Shown here piece after piece: positions 36,630 to 46,866 of a stretch of DNA of 64,000 nucleotides. Numbering within the stretch: the stretch's first letter is position 1; every line of letters starts with the position of its first letter. Under the pieces are notes generated by a model. That model did not search any database. It was not told the origin of the DNA and was given only the letters and a program-made list of their open reading frames with translations. Both the position numbers and the translations under genes were made by a program. The stretch comes from Candidatus Omnitrophota bacterium (lineage in GTDB: Bacteria; Omnitrophota; Gorgyraeia; 1-14-0-20-64-10): assembly GCA_016177405.1 (NCBI GenBank), contig JACOVG010000006.1:10064-74063 (forward strand). Direction: 5' to 3'.

Positions 36630-37859
36630 CTAAATCAGTTCCGGCCGGGGGATGGGAACCAGGAAGCGGCCGCCCCTTTCAGCGAACGGCCGCATCTGGG
36701 CCAGGATCTCTTCCTTGAAGTTCCACGCAAGAATCAGCATGTGCGTGGCCCCGTCCTTCCGCCAGGCCTCCGCGGAAACCACCGGCACGTGCGTGCCGGG
36801 CGTGTAGCTTCCCTGCTTTAAAGGGTTCCGGTCCAGGATCGCGGTAAGCTGTTGAGCCACGGAAGGGCAGAAGTTGAGCAGGGTGTTCGCCTTCGCCGCG
36901 GCCCCGTAACCGACGAAGCGGGCTCCGGCGGAACCCAGTGAAGCGATGAGCCCTTCGAAGGCTTCCTTCCACCGGGCCACCCGTTGGGCGAAGCCGGCGA
37001 AGGTTTCCATTCGGTGAAGGCCGTTTTCCGCCTCCGCCTTCCACATTCGATTAAGCCGCTCGGTCGTTTTCGCCGTCCCGGTCCGGTGAATGGAAAAGAG
37101 CAGCGATCCCCCGTGAAGCGGGACTGGCGAGGTGTCGGTCAGCTCGAACCCGTGGCGAGCGCACAGCTCCATCACGGGACGCAGCGAGAGATAGGAAAGA
37201 TGCTCATGGTAGATCGTGTCGAATTCCAACTGGGCCAGCAGGTTCCCCAGGTAAGGCACCTCGATCAGCAGCGTCCCCTCGGGCGCCAACCAGTGAGCCA
37301 CCGCGCGGAAGAAATCGTGCAGATTGTCGATGTGCGCGAAGACGTGGCGGCCCAGGATCACCGAGGCCTTGCCCTCCTCCGCCGCCAGGCGGCGGGCCGC
37401 GGCTTCGGTGAAGAACTCCTCCGCGGTGGGGATACCCCTTTCCCGCGCCACGGCGGCGATGTTCCGGGCAGGCTCGACCCCCAGGACGCGTGCCCCCTGA
37501 CGCTGAAAGGCCTGCAGGACCAGGCCGTCGTTGCTGCCCAGCTCCACCACCAGATCCTTTTTCCCCAGCCTCCGCCGGGCGCCCACCTCCGACGCGAGCG
37601 TGGCGGCGTACCGGCCAACCGCTTCAGAGGTTGAAGAGACGTAGAGATAATGGCGGTAGAGGATTTCCGGCGGGACCACGAAATTCAACTGGACCAGAGA
37701 GCATTGGGGGCAGGCCGAAACCGCGAGCGGGTAGGATTTTTCCAGCGGGAACTCCTCCGCGGAAGAGAGAAAGGCGTTGGCCAGCGGCATCTCCCCCAAG
37801 TCCAGGAACGGCTCGGGCAGCGGTGTCGCGCAGATTCTGCAGCGGCTATGGGCAGGCAC
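36630..37859 (-). CDS. NDP-hexose 3-C-methyltransferase (TylC3/TcaB9-like)
   Basis: CRIC...LDLGEMPLANAF...CPQC, ELGSNDG, FDTIYHEH, GYGAAAK, LILAWNF. Confidence 0.92.
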   Translation of the reverse strand: MPAHSRCRICATPLPEPFLDLGEMPLANAFLSSAEEFPLEKSYPLAVSACPQCSLVQLNFVVPPEILYRHYLYVSSTSEAVGRYAATLASEVGARRRLGKKDLVVELGSNDGLVLQAFQRQGARVLGVEPARNIAAVARERGIPTAEEFFTEAAARRLAAEEGKASVILGRHVFAHIDNLHDFFRAVAHWLAPEGTLLIEVPYLGNLLAQLEFDTIYHEHLSYLSLRPVMELCARHGFELTDTSPVPLHGGSLLFSIHRTGTAKTTERLNRMWKAEAENGLHRMETFAGFAQRVARWKEAFEGLIASLGSAGARFVGYGAAAKANTLLNFCPSVAQQLTAILDRNPLKQGSYTPGTHVPVVSAEAWRKDGATHMLILAWNFKEEILAQMRPFAERGGRFLVPIPRPELI

Positions 37860-39081
37860 TCGGCCTCCCCCTAAAGAACCCGGTCAAACCAAAGGAGGCC
37901 ACCACCACCAGAAGAGACTCCACCTCCCACCGGTGCCTCCCCTCGACAAAAACCAAGCTTTGAACCACGCTGATCGCCAGCGTAAACAGCACGATCAACC
38001 AGAGCCCGGATTTCTGCCCACGCTTTATGAGGGAGACCGCCCCGGCGGCCGCGAAGGCCAGCAGCAGGAGGTAGTAGATCCTGTACCACCGGGTCCACCG
38101 GCCCGGATACCAGGCCCCGGTCCGGGGGCTTCCTCCCCAGAACTGGAGCCATTTAGAGAGATTGTTGCGCAGGGCAAGTCCCGGGTTCAACCGCACGAAC
38201 GAAAGGGCCTCCCGGAGAAAGAAGTCCATCTGCCCCTTTTCATCCAGGGCGGCGGCCGTTCGAACAAATTCCGGAGGCATCCTCTCCAGCATTGCGCGCC
38301 CCTCATGGTCCAAGGCGCTCCCCGTGGCCCCGGCATGATTTCCAACCCAGAAGCTGTAGGCCGAAGAGCTCAACATCCCGACCGGACGCCCCACCACGAT
38401 TTGATTCCGAAGCACCCAAGGCAGGGCCAAGGCGGCCGCCAACGAGAGGATCACCGCCACTCTCTGAAGCCGCCTGGCCTGTCCCTTCCACCTTACCCAG
38501 AGCCACACCACCACGAGCGGAACGGCCGCCAGGACCGTGGATCTGGACAGGAGGCCCCACCCCAAGGCAATTCCTAAAGCGATCACCCTTGGCCAGGAGC
38601 TTGCCGCCCCAGAGCTCCTTCCCGCCGCCAGGGTCAGCCACACGATCGTCAGGAAACAGAGGCTGTCCAACCACAGGGCATGGGGCCGGAGGCTGTAGAT
38701 AACCAGCCCCGGGTGAAGCACCACCCCGGCCGCCGCCAAAACCCCGGTCCATTCGCTCCCCAGATTCTTGCCGATTTGAAAGACGATCCATGCCGCGAGC
38801 GCCGCGAGCGAAGCCTGCGCCCACTGCACAGCCAGGATGGAGGGATGCCCCACGAGTTGATAGACCCCGGCGCAAAACCACGGATAGAAGGGGTGCACAA
38901 AGGCATGGTACGTGGTGCCCAGAAAGGTCGCTTCAAAACCCCGGCCCGCCAGCAGGTTCTGGGCAATCTCCTCGTATTCCCAGGGTTTCGCCAGCCATTC
39001 CCGCGGGCCCCACAGGAGAATGGCGGCCCTCACCAGAATTCCGGCTGCCATCACCACCAGCAAGGCATGGCGCTTCTTCAT
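37846..39081 (-). CDS. GT-C (ArnT/PMT, GT39-like) integral membrane glycosyltransferase
   Basis: Multiple TM helices, EYEEIAQNLLAGRG loop, PFYP, PWVLRN, EGRHR. Confidence 0.8.
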   Translation of the reverse strand: MKKRHALLVVMAAGILVRAAILLWGPREWLAKPWEYEEIAQNLLAGRGFEATFLGTTYHAFVHPFYPWFCAGVYQLVGHPSILAVQWAQASLAALAAWIVFQIGKNLGSEWTGVLAAAGVVLHPGLVIYSLRPHALWLDSLCFLTIVWLTLAAGRSSGAASSWPRVIALGIALGWGLLSRSTVLAAVPLVVVWLWVRWKGQARRLQRVAVILSLAAALALPWVLRNQIVVGRPVGMLSSSAYSFWVGNHAGATGSALDHEGRAMLERMPPEFVRTAAALDEKGQMDFFLREALSFVRLNPGLALRNNLSKWLQFWGGSPRTGAWYPGRWTRWYRIYYLLLLAFAAAGAVSLIKRGQKSGLWLIVLFTLAISVVQSLVFVEGRHRWEVESLLVVVASFGLTGFFRGRPSACP

Positions 39082-39084
39082 GGA

Positions 39085-40041
39085 TCAGGCCTTTCGCGCG
39101 CGAACCAGAACCACTTGTCCGTTTCCCAAAAGACCCTCCATCAACGAAACGAGACACGCCGGAAGCCCCAGCCCGGCCAGAAACAAAAGGTGCAGCCCTG
39201 TCATGAAGCGCTCTTTCCAAGTGCCGGTCCAGCCGTTTCGCACGAATCCAAAGAGCCGATCCCTGGGGCCGGGCAGGCCATTGAGCCAGGACTGAACGCA
39301 CCCGAAGGGGCCGTGCTCCCAGCTCACGTGGAACGCCTCCTCGACGACGAACCCGCAGCGCCTTAAGAAACGATAAAGGTTATCCCTTCCGAACGTCCAA
39401 AGGTGGTGCTCCGGGTCGTGGTGGAGCCAGCGCTTGCCGGTCCATCGCGCGGTCCAGGAATCCCCATTGGGCACCTCGCACCAGAAGCTGCCCCCAGGGC
39501 GCAGGATCCGGTGAACCTGGCGGAGGTAACGCTCCGGCTCCGGCAGGTGCTCCAGGACGTTGATCATGAGCGCCGCGTCGAAGCCGCCTTGGGCGAAAGG
39601 GGCCGCGGTCAGCTCACCCACAAAAACCTCTATCCCGTAGCGCTCCCGCGCGAAGCGGGCGGCCGTCCGCGAGAGCTGGGTTCCGTAAACCCGGCAGCCG
39701 TTTTCCTTGAGAAGGTGGAGGAGCTCCCCGCGCTCACAGCCAATGTCGCAGATCCGGGCGCCCGCGGGCGAGCGCTTGAGGATCCTCCTGGCCTTCTGAC
39801 GCCGGAAACCACGCCACAGGAGGTCAAATAATCCTGACACCCTTTGGGCTGATCCGTCGGCGTAATAGCGCTGGTAGCGGTCCCCCTCCGCGATCATCTC
39901 CTGCCCCACGCGGAAGCAGCCGCAGGCAAGGCACCGGAAAAGGCTGAAGCTCTCCTCGCCCGGCGACACCTCCTCCCAGGCCTCCGCCAGGCACACCGGG
40001 CATGTCAAAGACGGCCCGAACCGAACCGTTTTTTCTTCCAC
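39085..40041 (-). CDS. Class I SAM methyltransferase with Zn ribbon
   Basis: CPVC...CLACG, ICDIGCERG, NVLEHL, LRPGG, EVPN, PEHHLW. Start estimated (GTG 40041). Confidence 0.88.
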   Translation of the reverse strand: MEEKTVRFGPSLTCPVCLAEAWEEVSPGEESFSLFRCLACGCFRVGQEMIAEGDRYQRYYADGSAQRVSGLFDLLWRGFRRQKARRILKRSPAGARICDIGCERGELLHLLKENGCRVYGTQLSRTAARFARERYGIEVFVGELTAAPFAQGGFDAALMINVLEHLPEPERYLRQVHRILRPGGSFWCEVPNGDSWTARWTGKRWLHHDPEHHLWTFGRDNLYRFLRRCGFVVEEAFHVSWEHGPFGCVQSWLNGLPGPRDRLFGFVRNGWTGTWKERFMTGLHLLFLAGLGLPACLVSLMEGLLGNGQVVLVRARKA

Positions 40042-40751
40042 GGCGGTCTTTTCAGAGCGGAAAGAAAGGTGCTCCAACTGTACCGGAAGAGCCCTCCCAC
40101 GTCCAGGGAGGAGCTCTCCGAATCGTACCGCACCGGCACCGGGATCTCTCCCACCCGCCAGCCCATCATCACGCAATCCATCAGGATGTCGCTGGCGAAG
40201 GCGTGGCTGTCCGGGTAGCTCTCCAGCGGAAGCTGCTCCAGCACTTGAGCCCTGAAGGCCTTCATTCCGGAGTGCCATTCCCCAAGGCTTAAACCGAACC
40301 AGACGTTCTCAAAGAAGGTGAGAATCCTGTTTCCGAAATAGCGATACCACGGCATTCCGCCGGCGAGGGCCTCGTCCCGGCTTCGGATCCTACTGCCCTG
40401 CATGACATCAAAATACCCTCGGCGCAGGTACTCCACCAGGATCCCCACCAACCGAGGGTCGTACTGACCGTCCGGATGCAGCTCCACCACGATCTGGGCG
40501 CCTCCTCGGAGGGCCTCACGGAAGAGGCGCTTAAGGTTACCGCCGTAGCCGTGGTTTGCCTCGTGGCGCAGGACCCGGATGCCCAGCCCTTGGGCGATTC
40601 TGTCCGTCCCATCGGTGCTCCGATTGTCCCCCAGCAGGACGGTTTCCCGGAATTCTTCCGGAAGGGCCCGGTAGGTCTTCTCCAGCGTGCGAGCCGCGTT
40701 GAAGGCCGGCATCACCACGGCCACCCGGAGAGAACGTGCCGCTTGAACCAC
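40005..40751 (-). CDS. GT2, DPM1-like polyprenol-phosphate glycosyltransferase
   Basis: VVMPAFNA, NHGYGGN, HPDGQY, GSR, HSGMKAFR, EIPVPVRY. Confidence 0.9.
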   Translation of the reverse strand: MVQAARSLRVAVVMPAFNAARTLEKTYRALPEEFRETVLLGDNRSTDGTDRIAQGLGIRVLRHEANHGYGGNLKRLFREALRGGAQIVVELHPDGQYDPRLVGILVEYLRRGYFDVMQGSRIRSRDEALAGGMPWYRYFGNRILTFFENVWFGLSLGEWHSGMKAFRAQVLEQLPLESYPDSHAFASDILMDCVMMGWRVGEIPVPVRYDSESSSLDVGGLFRYSWSTFLSALKRPPWKKKRFGSGRL

Positions 40752-40760
40752 GTAAGTCTG

Positions 40761-41210
40761 TCAGCGGTCCTTCAAGCGCCAATCGTACGGGATCCGGCTC
40801 GACTGGGGATCGAGCCGTTCGATTTCAGCGGGATCATGCGGGATGTCCGCGCAGTTGGCGACGATCGCCGTCTTCGTTCCCATCCCCTTGAAGCCGTTCC
40901 AAATGAGGGGGGGCACCTTGACCAAGCAGTAGTTGGACTCTCCGAGGAAGAGCTCCTCAATCTTCCCGCGGGTGGGCGACTGGGGGCGGTCGTCAAAGAG
41001 AACCAGCTTGATCACCCCCACCACCACCGCGTAGTGAATCGTCATGCGGGAATGAAGGTGCCAACCCTTCACCACCCCAGGATAAACGCAGGAGAAATAG
41101 ATCTCCCCGAAGCGCTCAAAATGAGGGTCGGTGGCCTTCATCATGTGCATGACCTTGCCCCGCTCATCCGGGATCTGCGTGAGCGGATGGATCAGGACCC
41201 CTTCAATCAT
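40761..41210 (-). CDS. RmlC-like NDP-4-keto-6-deoxyglucose 3,5-epimerase (cupin)
   Basis: [31 protein letters not shown]. Confidence 0.9.
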   Translation of the reverse strand: MIEGVLIHPLTQIPDERGKVMHMMKATDPHFERFGEIYFSCVYPGVVKGWHLHSRMTIHYAVVVGVIKLVLFDDRPQSPTRGKIEELFLGESNYCLVKVPPLIWNGFKGMGTKTAIVANCADIPHDPAEIERLDPQSSRIPYDWRLKDR

Positions 41211-42252
41211 TGAATAGTCTCACTCCCTCCGGCGTCACCCGCGGCCGATCGGCGCCTTCAAGGAACTTTCGATACCAAGAGATGGTTTTTTTGAGGCCCT
41301 CCTCCAAGCCATAGAGGGATTTCCAGCTCAACTGGCGCTTGGCTTTGCCGGCATCCAGATACTGGTGGAGAATCTCGCCGGAGGATTCGTTCAGGATCTT
41401 GGGCGCGAGATCGGCACGTCCCATCAAACGCAGAATTTGCCGCGCGACCTCCAGAACGGAAAGGGGCTGTTCGTTGCTGAAGTTAAACGCCTCGCCGGCC
41501 AGGGAGGGATCGGACGCCAGCGCCTCGGCCAGCGCAAGGTACGCCGCCGCGCCGTCTTCAACATAAAAATAGTCACGGGTGGGCGAACCATCGCTTCGGA
41601 TAAGCGGCGGTTCGCCCCGGATCGCCGAGCGGATGGTGCCTGGAACAATCCGATTCCAATTCAAGTCTCCCCCGCCGTAGAGATTCCCACAGCGGGCAAT
41701 CGTCACCGGCAAACGGTAGGTCGCGGCGTACGACTGGGCCAGCAAATCCGCGCAGGACTTGCTCACATCGTACGGATGCCGGCCCCGCAGAGGGGTCTCC
41801 TCCCGGTAGGGAAGCTTGTCATGCTCACCGTAGGCCTTGTCCGAGGAGGCCACCACCGCCTGCCCCACGGTGGGCGAACGCCGGCAAGCCTCCAGGAGGC
41901 ACCACGTCCCCCGGATGTTGCTCTCAAAGGTAGAGACCGGGTTGCGGTTGGCGATGGGCACAATCGCCTGGGCTGCCAGATGAAAGAGGGTCTGGACCTC
42001 GTACTCTCCCAGGACACGCTCCAAAAGAGCCTGATCCTGCAGCTCGCCCCGGACCACCTTGATCCTCTCCAAAAGCCCTGATTGGCACAGCTCCGACTGC
42101 GGCACCCAGTCCCGAAGCAGGGTCACGCAGTCCGCGCCCAAGTCATAGAGCGCCCGGATAAGCCAGCCCCCCAGAAGGCCGGTTCCCCCGGTGACCAAAA
42201 CCCTCCGGTCGCGCCAGAAGGTCTTCACAGCGGCGATCAAGTTCACGGCCAT
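41203..42252 (-). CDS. rfbG: CDP-glucose 4,6-dehydratase-like
   Basis: [47 protein letters not shown]; directly downstream of rfbF. Confidence 0.85.
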   Translation of the reverse strand: MAVNLIAAVKTFWRDRRVLVTGGTGLLGGWLIRALYDLGADCVTLLRDWVPQSELCQSGLLERIKVVRGELQDQALLERVLGEYEVQTLFHLAAQAIVPIANRNPVSTFESNIRGTWCLLEACRRSPTVGQAVVASSDKAYGEHDKLPYREETPLRGRHPYDVSKSCADLLAQSYAATYRLPVTIARCGNLYGGGDLNWNRIVPGTIRSAIRGEPPLIRSDGSPTRDYFYVEDGAAAYLALAEALASDPSLAGEAFNFSNEQPLSVLEVARQILRLMGRADLAPKILNESSGEILHQYLDAGKAKRQLSWKSLYGLEEGLKKTISWYRKFLEGADRPRVTPEGVRLFND

Positions 42253-43067
42253 ATCTTCCAAGGGGCCTTCCCCTTCTCCCACAAATCGTTGATCAACCGG
42301 TATTCCCGAAGGGTATCCATGGCCTGCCAGAAACCGTCATGCCGAAAAACCATGAACTCTCCATCCTGGGACAAACGCTGGAGAGGCTCCCGTTCCAAGA
42401 TGAGATCCTCCCGGGGCGTCAGATACCGGTCCAGGAAGGAGCGTTTAAAAACAAAGAATCCCCCGTTGATCATCCCCTCCGTTGTTTGGGGCTTCTCGTT
42501 AAACTGCTCGGCCTGGCCGGATGCCGTCACCTTCAGCTCGCCGAACCGGCCCGGCGGACGCACGCCGGTGACCGTCCCTATCCGGCCGTGGGCCTGGTGG
42601 AACCGCAACAGGGCCGTCAGGTCAATGTCCCCAAGCCCGTCCCCGTACGTCAGGCAGAAGACCGGCTCGGTGACGTACCGGCCGGCCCGAGCCACGCGGG
42701 CGCCGGTCTGGGCGTTCAACCCGGTTTCCACGAGGGTGACCTCCCAGTCCTCCTGCTCGTTTTTGCTGTGGTATTGGATCCGGTCGGAATCTCCCAGACG
42801 GAGGGTCAGATCGCTCTGGTAGGCCCGGTAGTTCAGGAAATAGTCCTTGATCATGGCGCCCTTGTAACCCAAACAAAGAATAAATCTCCTGAAACCGTAC
42901 GCGGCGTACACCTTCATGATGTGCCAGAGGACGGGCCGCCCCCCGATTTCTAAAAGCGGCTTGGGCCTGAATTCCGTCTCCTCATGAAGACGGCTCCCTT
43001 GGCCTCCGCAGAGGATTATGACCGGCGGCTTATCCAATTTAAGAACCCTTTCCGATTTTTCCACCAT
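42243..43067 (-). CDS. rfbF: Glucose-1-phosphate cytidylyltransferase
   Basis: [60 protein letters not shown]. Confidence 0.95.
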   Translation of the reverse strand: MVEKSERVLKLDKPPVIILCGGQGSRLHEETEFRPKPLLEIGGRPVLWHIMKVYAAYGFRRFILCLGYKGAMIKDYFLNYRAYQSDLTLRLGDSDRIQYHSKNEQEDWEVTLVETGLNAQTGARVARAGRYVTEPVFCLTYGDGLGDIDLTALLRFHQAHGRIGTVTGVRPPGRFGELKVTASGQAEQFNEKPQTTEGMINGGFFVFKRSFLDRYLTPREDLILEREPLQRLSQDGEFMVFRHDGFWQAMDTLREYRLINDLWEKGKAPWKIWP

Positions 43068-43264
43068 TGGTTCAGCACGCTCCCTCGCCAAAGCCGATCC
43101 CAGCCCTCCTCTTCCCGAATGGCAGCCACCCCCCACGCCAGCCACGCGAGGCGCAGACCCCATCCTAGCACAGTGAGGCTCTTGCCCAGGAGATAAAGCG
43201 CCGCCAGCTCGCTCACGCCAGAGGCCACCACAAAGGTCCCTGCCCACTTCACCGAAAAGGTCAT
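43016..43264 (-). CDS. Small hypothetical membrane protein (82 aa)
   Basis: ATGA-coupled to the upstream gene, fills the gap before rfbF, two hydrophobic segments, Trp-rich. Confidence 0.55.
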   Translation of the reverse strand: MTFSVKWAGTFVVASGVSELAALYLLGKSLTVLGWGLRLAWLAWGVAAIREEEGWDRLWRGSVLNQWWKNRKGFLNWISRRS

Positions 43265-45513
43265 CCGGTCCTCCAGCGCCCCCTGGGGGACATGAGGAAC
43301 CAGGCCCCCGCGCAGGCGAACATCAGGTAAAGGGGCGCCACCATGTCCCGGATTCTGAAGACGGTTCCCACGTTACCGCTGCCGATGGCGCTGACAAAGG
43401 ACCACAGCGCAAGCGGTATGAAAAGGAAGAGGGTCTGCCGATACCGATGCCGAAACGACCAGAGGATTCCCACCCCCGAGAGCCCCAGGGCCGCGTACCA
43501 GAGAAACATCTGCGGCCACGTCACCCAAGGAAAGGCAGGCTGCCGGATGCCTGGGATCGGTTCCAACAGGTAATGCGCCAGGGCCTTCAGGATTCCGGTG
43601 ATCTCAATCCAGCCAATCCTGCCGGTTTTGCTCCACTGTGAAACGTATCCCTGAACGTAATAGGAATCCGGAAGAAACCGATAGGACATGCCCGGCGTCA
43701 TCGCGAATCCGGCGTGCCACTCGAAGGCCAGGCTCAAGAAACGGTTCACGAGAAGCCCCACAGGCTTGAGGAACAGGCACCCCAGCGCCCCGGCCGCGGC
43801 GAGAGCCCCCTGCCAGGGTTTTATCCTCAAGCGGGTGAGACCATAGGCCAGGCCCAATCCCGCCACCAGGATCCAGGTGAACTCGGCGGAGCGGATCGTG
43901 GCGTGAAGGACGATCGTCCCCGCCAGCGCAAGACCATACCTAAGCAGCCGCGCGCGCCCCCCTCCCCAGGGGAGCCGCTGGAATAAAAAGAGCACCACGA
44001 GGGTCGTGAAAATGAGGGGAATGTCCTTCAAGTTGGAAACGGACCACAGCAGCATGGACGGGAAGAAGGCCACGGCCAAGGCCGACCACCGGGCGACCGT
44101 AAGGTTGAAAGCGATTCGGGCGATGAGAAAAACCAGGGGCCCCAGCAGAGCTCCCAGAAAGCAGTTGATGAGCTTGACGGCATAGGGGCTGTAGCCGAAC
44201 AGGGTATAGAACCACCCCATCGCGTAGACGTAGCCGTTCCATCCATACTGGTTGATCCGGAAGATAACGACCGGTTCCCGCACCCCCTTCGCGTACTGGG
44301 AGAGGGCGTACCCCCGCTGCGAGTAATAGTCGCTGTCTCCGATTTTAAGATACATCCGGGTCTTGTCAACCACCCCCAAACTCCAATCGTTGGCCGGACC
44401 GGTCCAGCGGGGCTTCTCTCCCTCCACCCGCCAGGAGCCCGCATCGAGCCCCAAGGAAAGAGCTGCCCGAAGACAAAATCCGACTAAGAATAGCGTGGAC
44501 ACGAAGCGGCGGCCTTCCCCGCCGACCAGGCGGCGGAGAAAGAAGAAAAGCCCCCCCGCCAAGGCAAAGACAAAAACGCCTCCAGGCGTCCAGGCGGTCA
44601 AGATCCCGGCGGCGATCCCCGCGGCAACCCCGTTCTTTATTCGCCGCAGACGGCGAAGAGGCATCCCGGCGACGTAAGGAATCACCCGAGGAGAGGTTCG
44701 AACGGCCTTGAGCCCCCACGCGAGCCCACGGGCCCACTGCTTGTTTCTGACGTAACCGCCGGAGAGCATCGCATAAAATCTGGCCCACACGAGCGGCTTA
44801 AGCCGGAGAAGTTCTCCGTTGAGCCCCGGCGAGCGGAAGAAGCGCCTTAAAAGGCGCACCCCCGACCAAAGGTGGATCTTCACATCCCGGCTTTGGTTGT
44901 TGGGGTACTGGCGGTACAGCACCAGCGCTTTGGGAACGGAGCGGAGCGTCCCGGAGCGGCTCAACCGGCAGACCATATCCCAATCGGAAAGGATCACCAG
45001 ATCCGTCCCGAACCCCCCCAGCTTCAGGAGCGCTTCTTTCCGGATCACCACAGCGGAGGCGAAGGCAGGCAGATTCCTAAAAAGGAGAAAATCGGACAGG
45101 GTATCCCGCCGGGGATGGCAAAGCTTGGTCTCCAGGATTCGCAGTTTATCGTCCACGTAGTGGGCCCCGCACTGGACCGCCAGGAGGGCCGGTTCCTCCT
45201 GAAACGCCCGCATCTGAATCTCCAGCTTGTCCGGCAGCCACAGGTCATCCCCGTCCAGGAAGGCCACAAATCGGCCGCTGGCGTGCTGGACACCCAGATT
45301 GCGGGCGGAGCCGGTGCCTCCGTTGGGCTTTTGAAGATAACGAACGCGCGGGAGGAAGGGCTTGACCCGGTCGGCCGTGTGGTCGGTCGAGCCATCGTCC
45401 ACCACCAGGATCTCCGTGTGGGGATAGGTTTGAGCCAAGACACTGCGGATGGCCGCCTCCACCGTGCTCTCCTTGTTGTAGGCCACAATGACGACCGAGA
45501 CAAGTTCCGACAT
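43261..45513 (-). CDS. GT2 glycosyltransferase fused to a polytopic GT-C/Wzy-like membrane domain
   Basis: N-terminal VSVVIVAYN, VDDGSTD, FLDGDD. From about aa 295 there are many TM helices with GDSDYY loop, SNLKD and GTVFRIR. Confidence 0.82.
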   Translation of the reverse strand: MSELVSVVIVAYNKESTVEAAIRSVLAQTYPHTEILVVDDGSTDHTADRVKPFLPRVRYLQKPNGGTGSARNLGVQHASGRFVAFLDGDDLWLPDKLEIQMRAFQEEPALLAVQCGAHYVDDKLRILETKLCHPRRDTLSDFLLFRNLPAFASAVVIRKEALLKLGGFGTDLVILSDWDMVCRLSRSGTLRSVPKALVLYRQYPNNQSRDVKIHLWSGVRLLRRFFRSPGLNGELLRLKPLVWARFYAMLSGGYVRNKQWARGLAWGLKAVRTSPRVIPYVAGMPLRRLRRIKNGVAAGIAAGILTAWTPGGVFVFALAGGLFFFLRRLVGGEGRRFVSTLFLVGFCLRAALSLGLDAGSWRVEGEKPRWTGPANDWSLGVVDKTRMYLKIGDSDYYSQRGYALSQYAKGVREPVVIFRINQYGWNGYVYAMGWFYTLFGYSPYAVKLINCFLGALLGPLVFLIARIAFNLTVARWSALAVAFFPSMLLWSVSNLKDIPLIFTTLVVLFLFQRLPWGGGRARLLRYGLALAGTIVLHATIRSAEFTWILVAGLGLAYGLTRLRIKPWQGALAAAGALGCLFLKPVGLLVNRFLSLAFEWHAGFAMTPGMSYRFLPDSYYVQGYVSQWSKTGRIGWIEITGILKALAHYLLEPIPGIRQPAFPWVTWPQMFLWYAALGLSGVGILWSFRHRYRQTLFLFIPLALWSFVSAIGSGNVGTVFRIRDMVAPLYLMFACAGAWFLMSPRGRWRTG

Positions 45514-45525
45514 GGGCTTAGCGTC

Positions 45526-46866
45526 TCACCATGGGTCAGGCACCTCGCCCAACAGAGAAAGCACCAGCGCGCCGGCCTCCGGCTCGGGTTCCCCTCTCCG
45601 GCCTGTCGGGAAAAACAGCTGGATCCGTTCCCCGAAGCGGATGGGCTGCTCTCGATAGAAATATCGGATTCCCTCCGATGAGGAGAGCGCTTCGCCGTTT
45701 AAGATAAGCGTCAACAGGGAGAGGTCCTGCCGAATGACGGAAACCCCCTCCACCTGCCCTTCGTACCATCTCCAGGGGCGCCCGAAGGACCGTTTCCCAG
45801 CCAGTTTCTCCAGGGCCCTGGGTGTCAGGCCATCGGCCGCAACCAGCACTTTCAAAAAGGCGGTTCTCCGGGTTCCGGTCTCCTCCGGCGGATGAGGCCA
45901 GGAGATCACCGTGGCGGTGATCGGAATAAGGGGCCAGCCCCATGAGGTACTGGGAATGCCGATGGAAATCACCGCGCCCGGCTGGATCAGCTGACCCCTG
46001 TAGCGGTAGCCTCGAATCCCCGCCCCGTTGGACTCCTCCTCCCCCGTCAGTTGAACTCGCAAAAGAGCCGTGTTTTCCCCCAGGGAAACGTCCGCCTCCA
46101 GGATCCTCCCCGAGTCCAGGGACGCCCTGGAAGGCAGGAACCTTCCGCACCGGAGCGCTCGAACCGCCTCGGGTGAAAGGCCGGTAGCCGCGCAGGTCAC
46201 CCACCGGCGCGCGGGGGTAAGTTTTGAGATCTCGAAGGCCTCTTTCAGGGTCGCCTCCCGGCCGTTGGTATTGGTCACCCTCACATCGTATTTCCCCGGC
46301 GGCAGATCCAGGGAGATGTGGTTCAGCACAATCTGCTCGGGCTGGAACCGCAGCGAAGACGACGGATCCAGCGCGAGGAGACGGTCCACCGCGACCGGCC
46401 CCAAGCGGATGGCCCCCAGGGAGTCGAAGCGGTTTCCTTCAATACTGAAGGTGATCACCTCTCCGGAGAGGAACTCGGTCGGATGGACCCTTTTAATCGT
46501 GGGCTGCCAGACGATTTCCAGGGAATCGTTCATCCAGGCCCTCTCCCCTTTCCCATTCTCCACAAAAACGCTGTAGCGGCCTTCGGGCCAGTCCTTAGGC
46601 AGTTCATAGTCCGCGCGGATGGGGTTCACGGAAGAGAGTCTCTTCAACGGATAGGGAACCAGGTAGCCGTGGGGTTCGAGGGCGAGCCCCGTCCCAAATA
46701 TATTGATCCTCTGGGCGGGCCCTTCCTTTGTCGCCAGCAGGCCGGGCTCCAAGCGGTAGAGCTTGAGGCGGTCATGGCCGGCCAGATTCAGCCCGTAGGA
46801 GCCCGTCGTCCAGAGGAAAGGCAGGAGGAAGAGACCGATGGCCCCATCGAGAAGATTCGGCCTCAT
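45526..46866 (-). CDS. Exported beta-rich protein with IPT/TIG-like repeats and possible DUF4330-like C-terminus
   Basis: NLLD + TM N-terminus; two Ig-like units (GRYSVFVEN, PGKYDVRVTNTNG); YRGQLIQPG / YREQPIRFG repeats. Confidence 0.55.
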   Translation of the reverse strand: MRPNLLDGAIGLFLLPFLWTTGSYGLNLAGHDRLKLYRLEPGLLATKEGPAQRINIFGTGLALEPHGYLVPYPLKRLSSVNPIRADYELPKDWPEGRYSVFVENGKGERAWMNDSLEIVWQPTIKRVHPTEFLSGEVITFSIEGNRFDSLGAIRLGPVAVDRLLALDPSSSLRFQPEQIVLNHISLDLPPGKYDVRVTNTNGREATLKEAFEISKLTPARRWVTCAATGLSPEAVRALRCGRFLPSRASLDSGRILEADVSLGENTALLRVQLTGEEESNGAGIRGYRYRGQLIQPGAVISIGIPSTSWGWPLIPITATVISWPHPPEETGTRRTAFLKVLVAADGLTPRALEKLAGKRSFGRPWRWYEGQVEGVSVIRQDLSLLTLILNGEALSSSEGIRYFYREQPIRFGERIQLFFPTGRRGEPEPEAGALVLSLLGEVPDPW

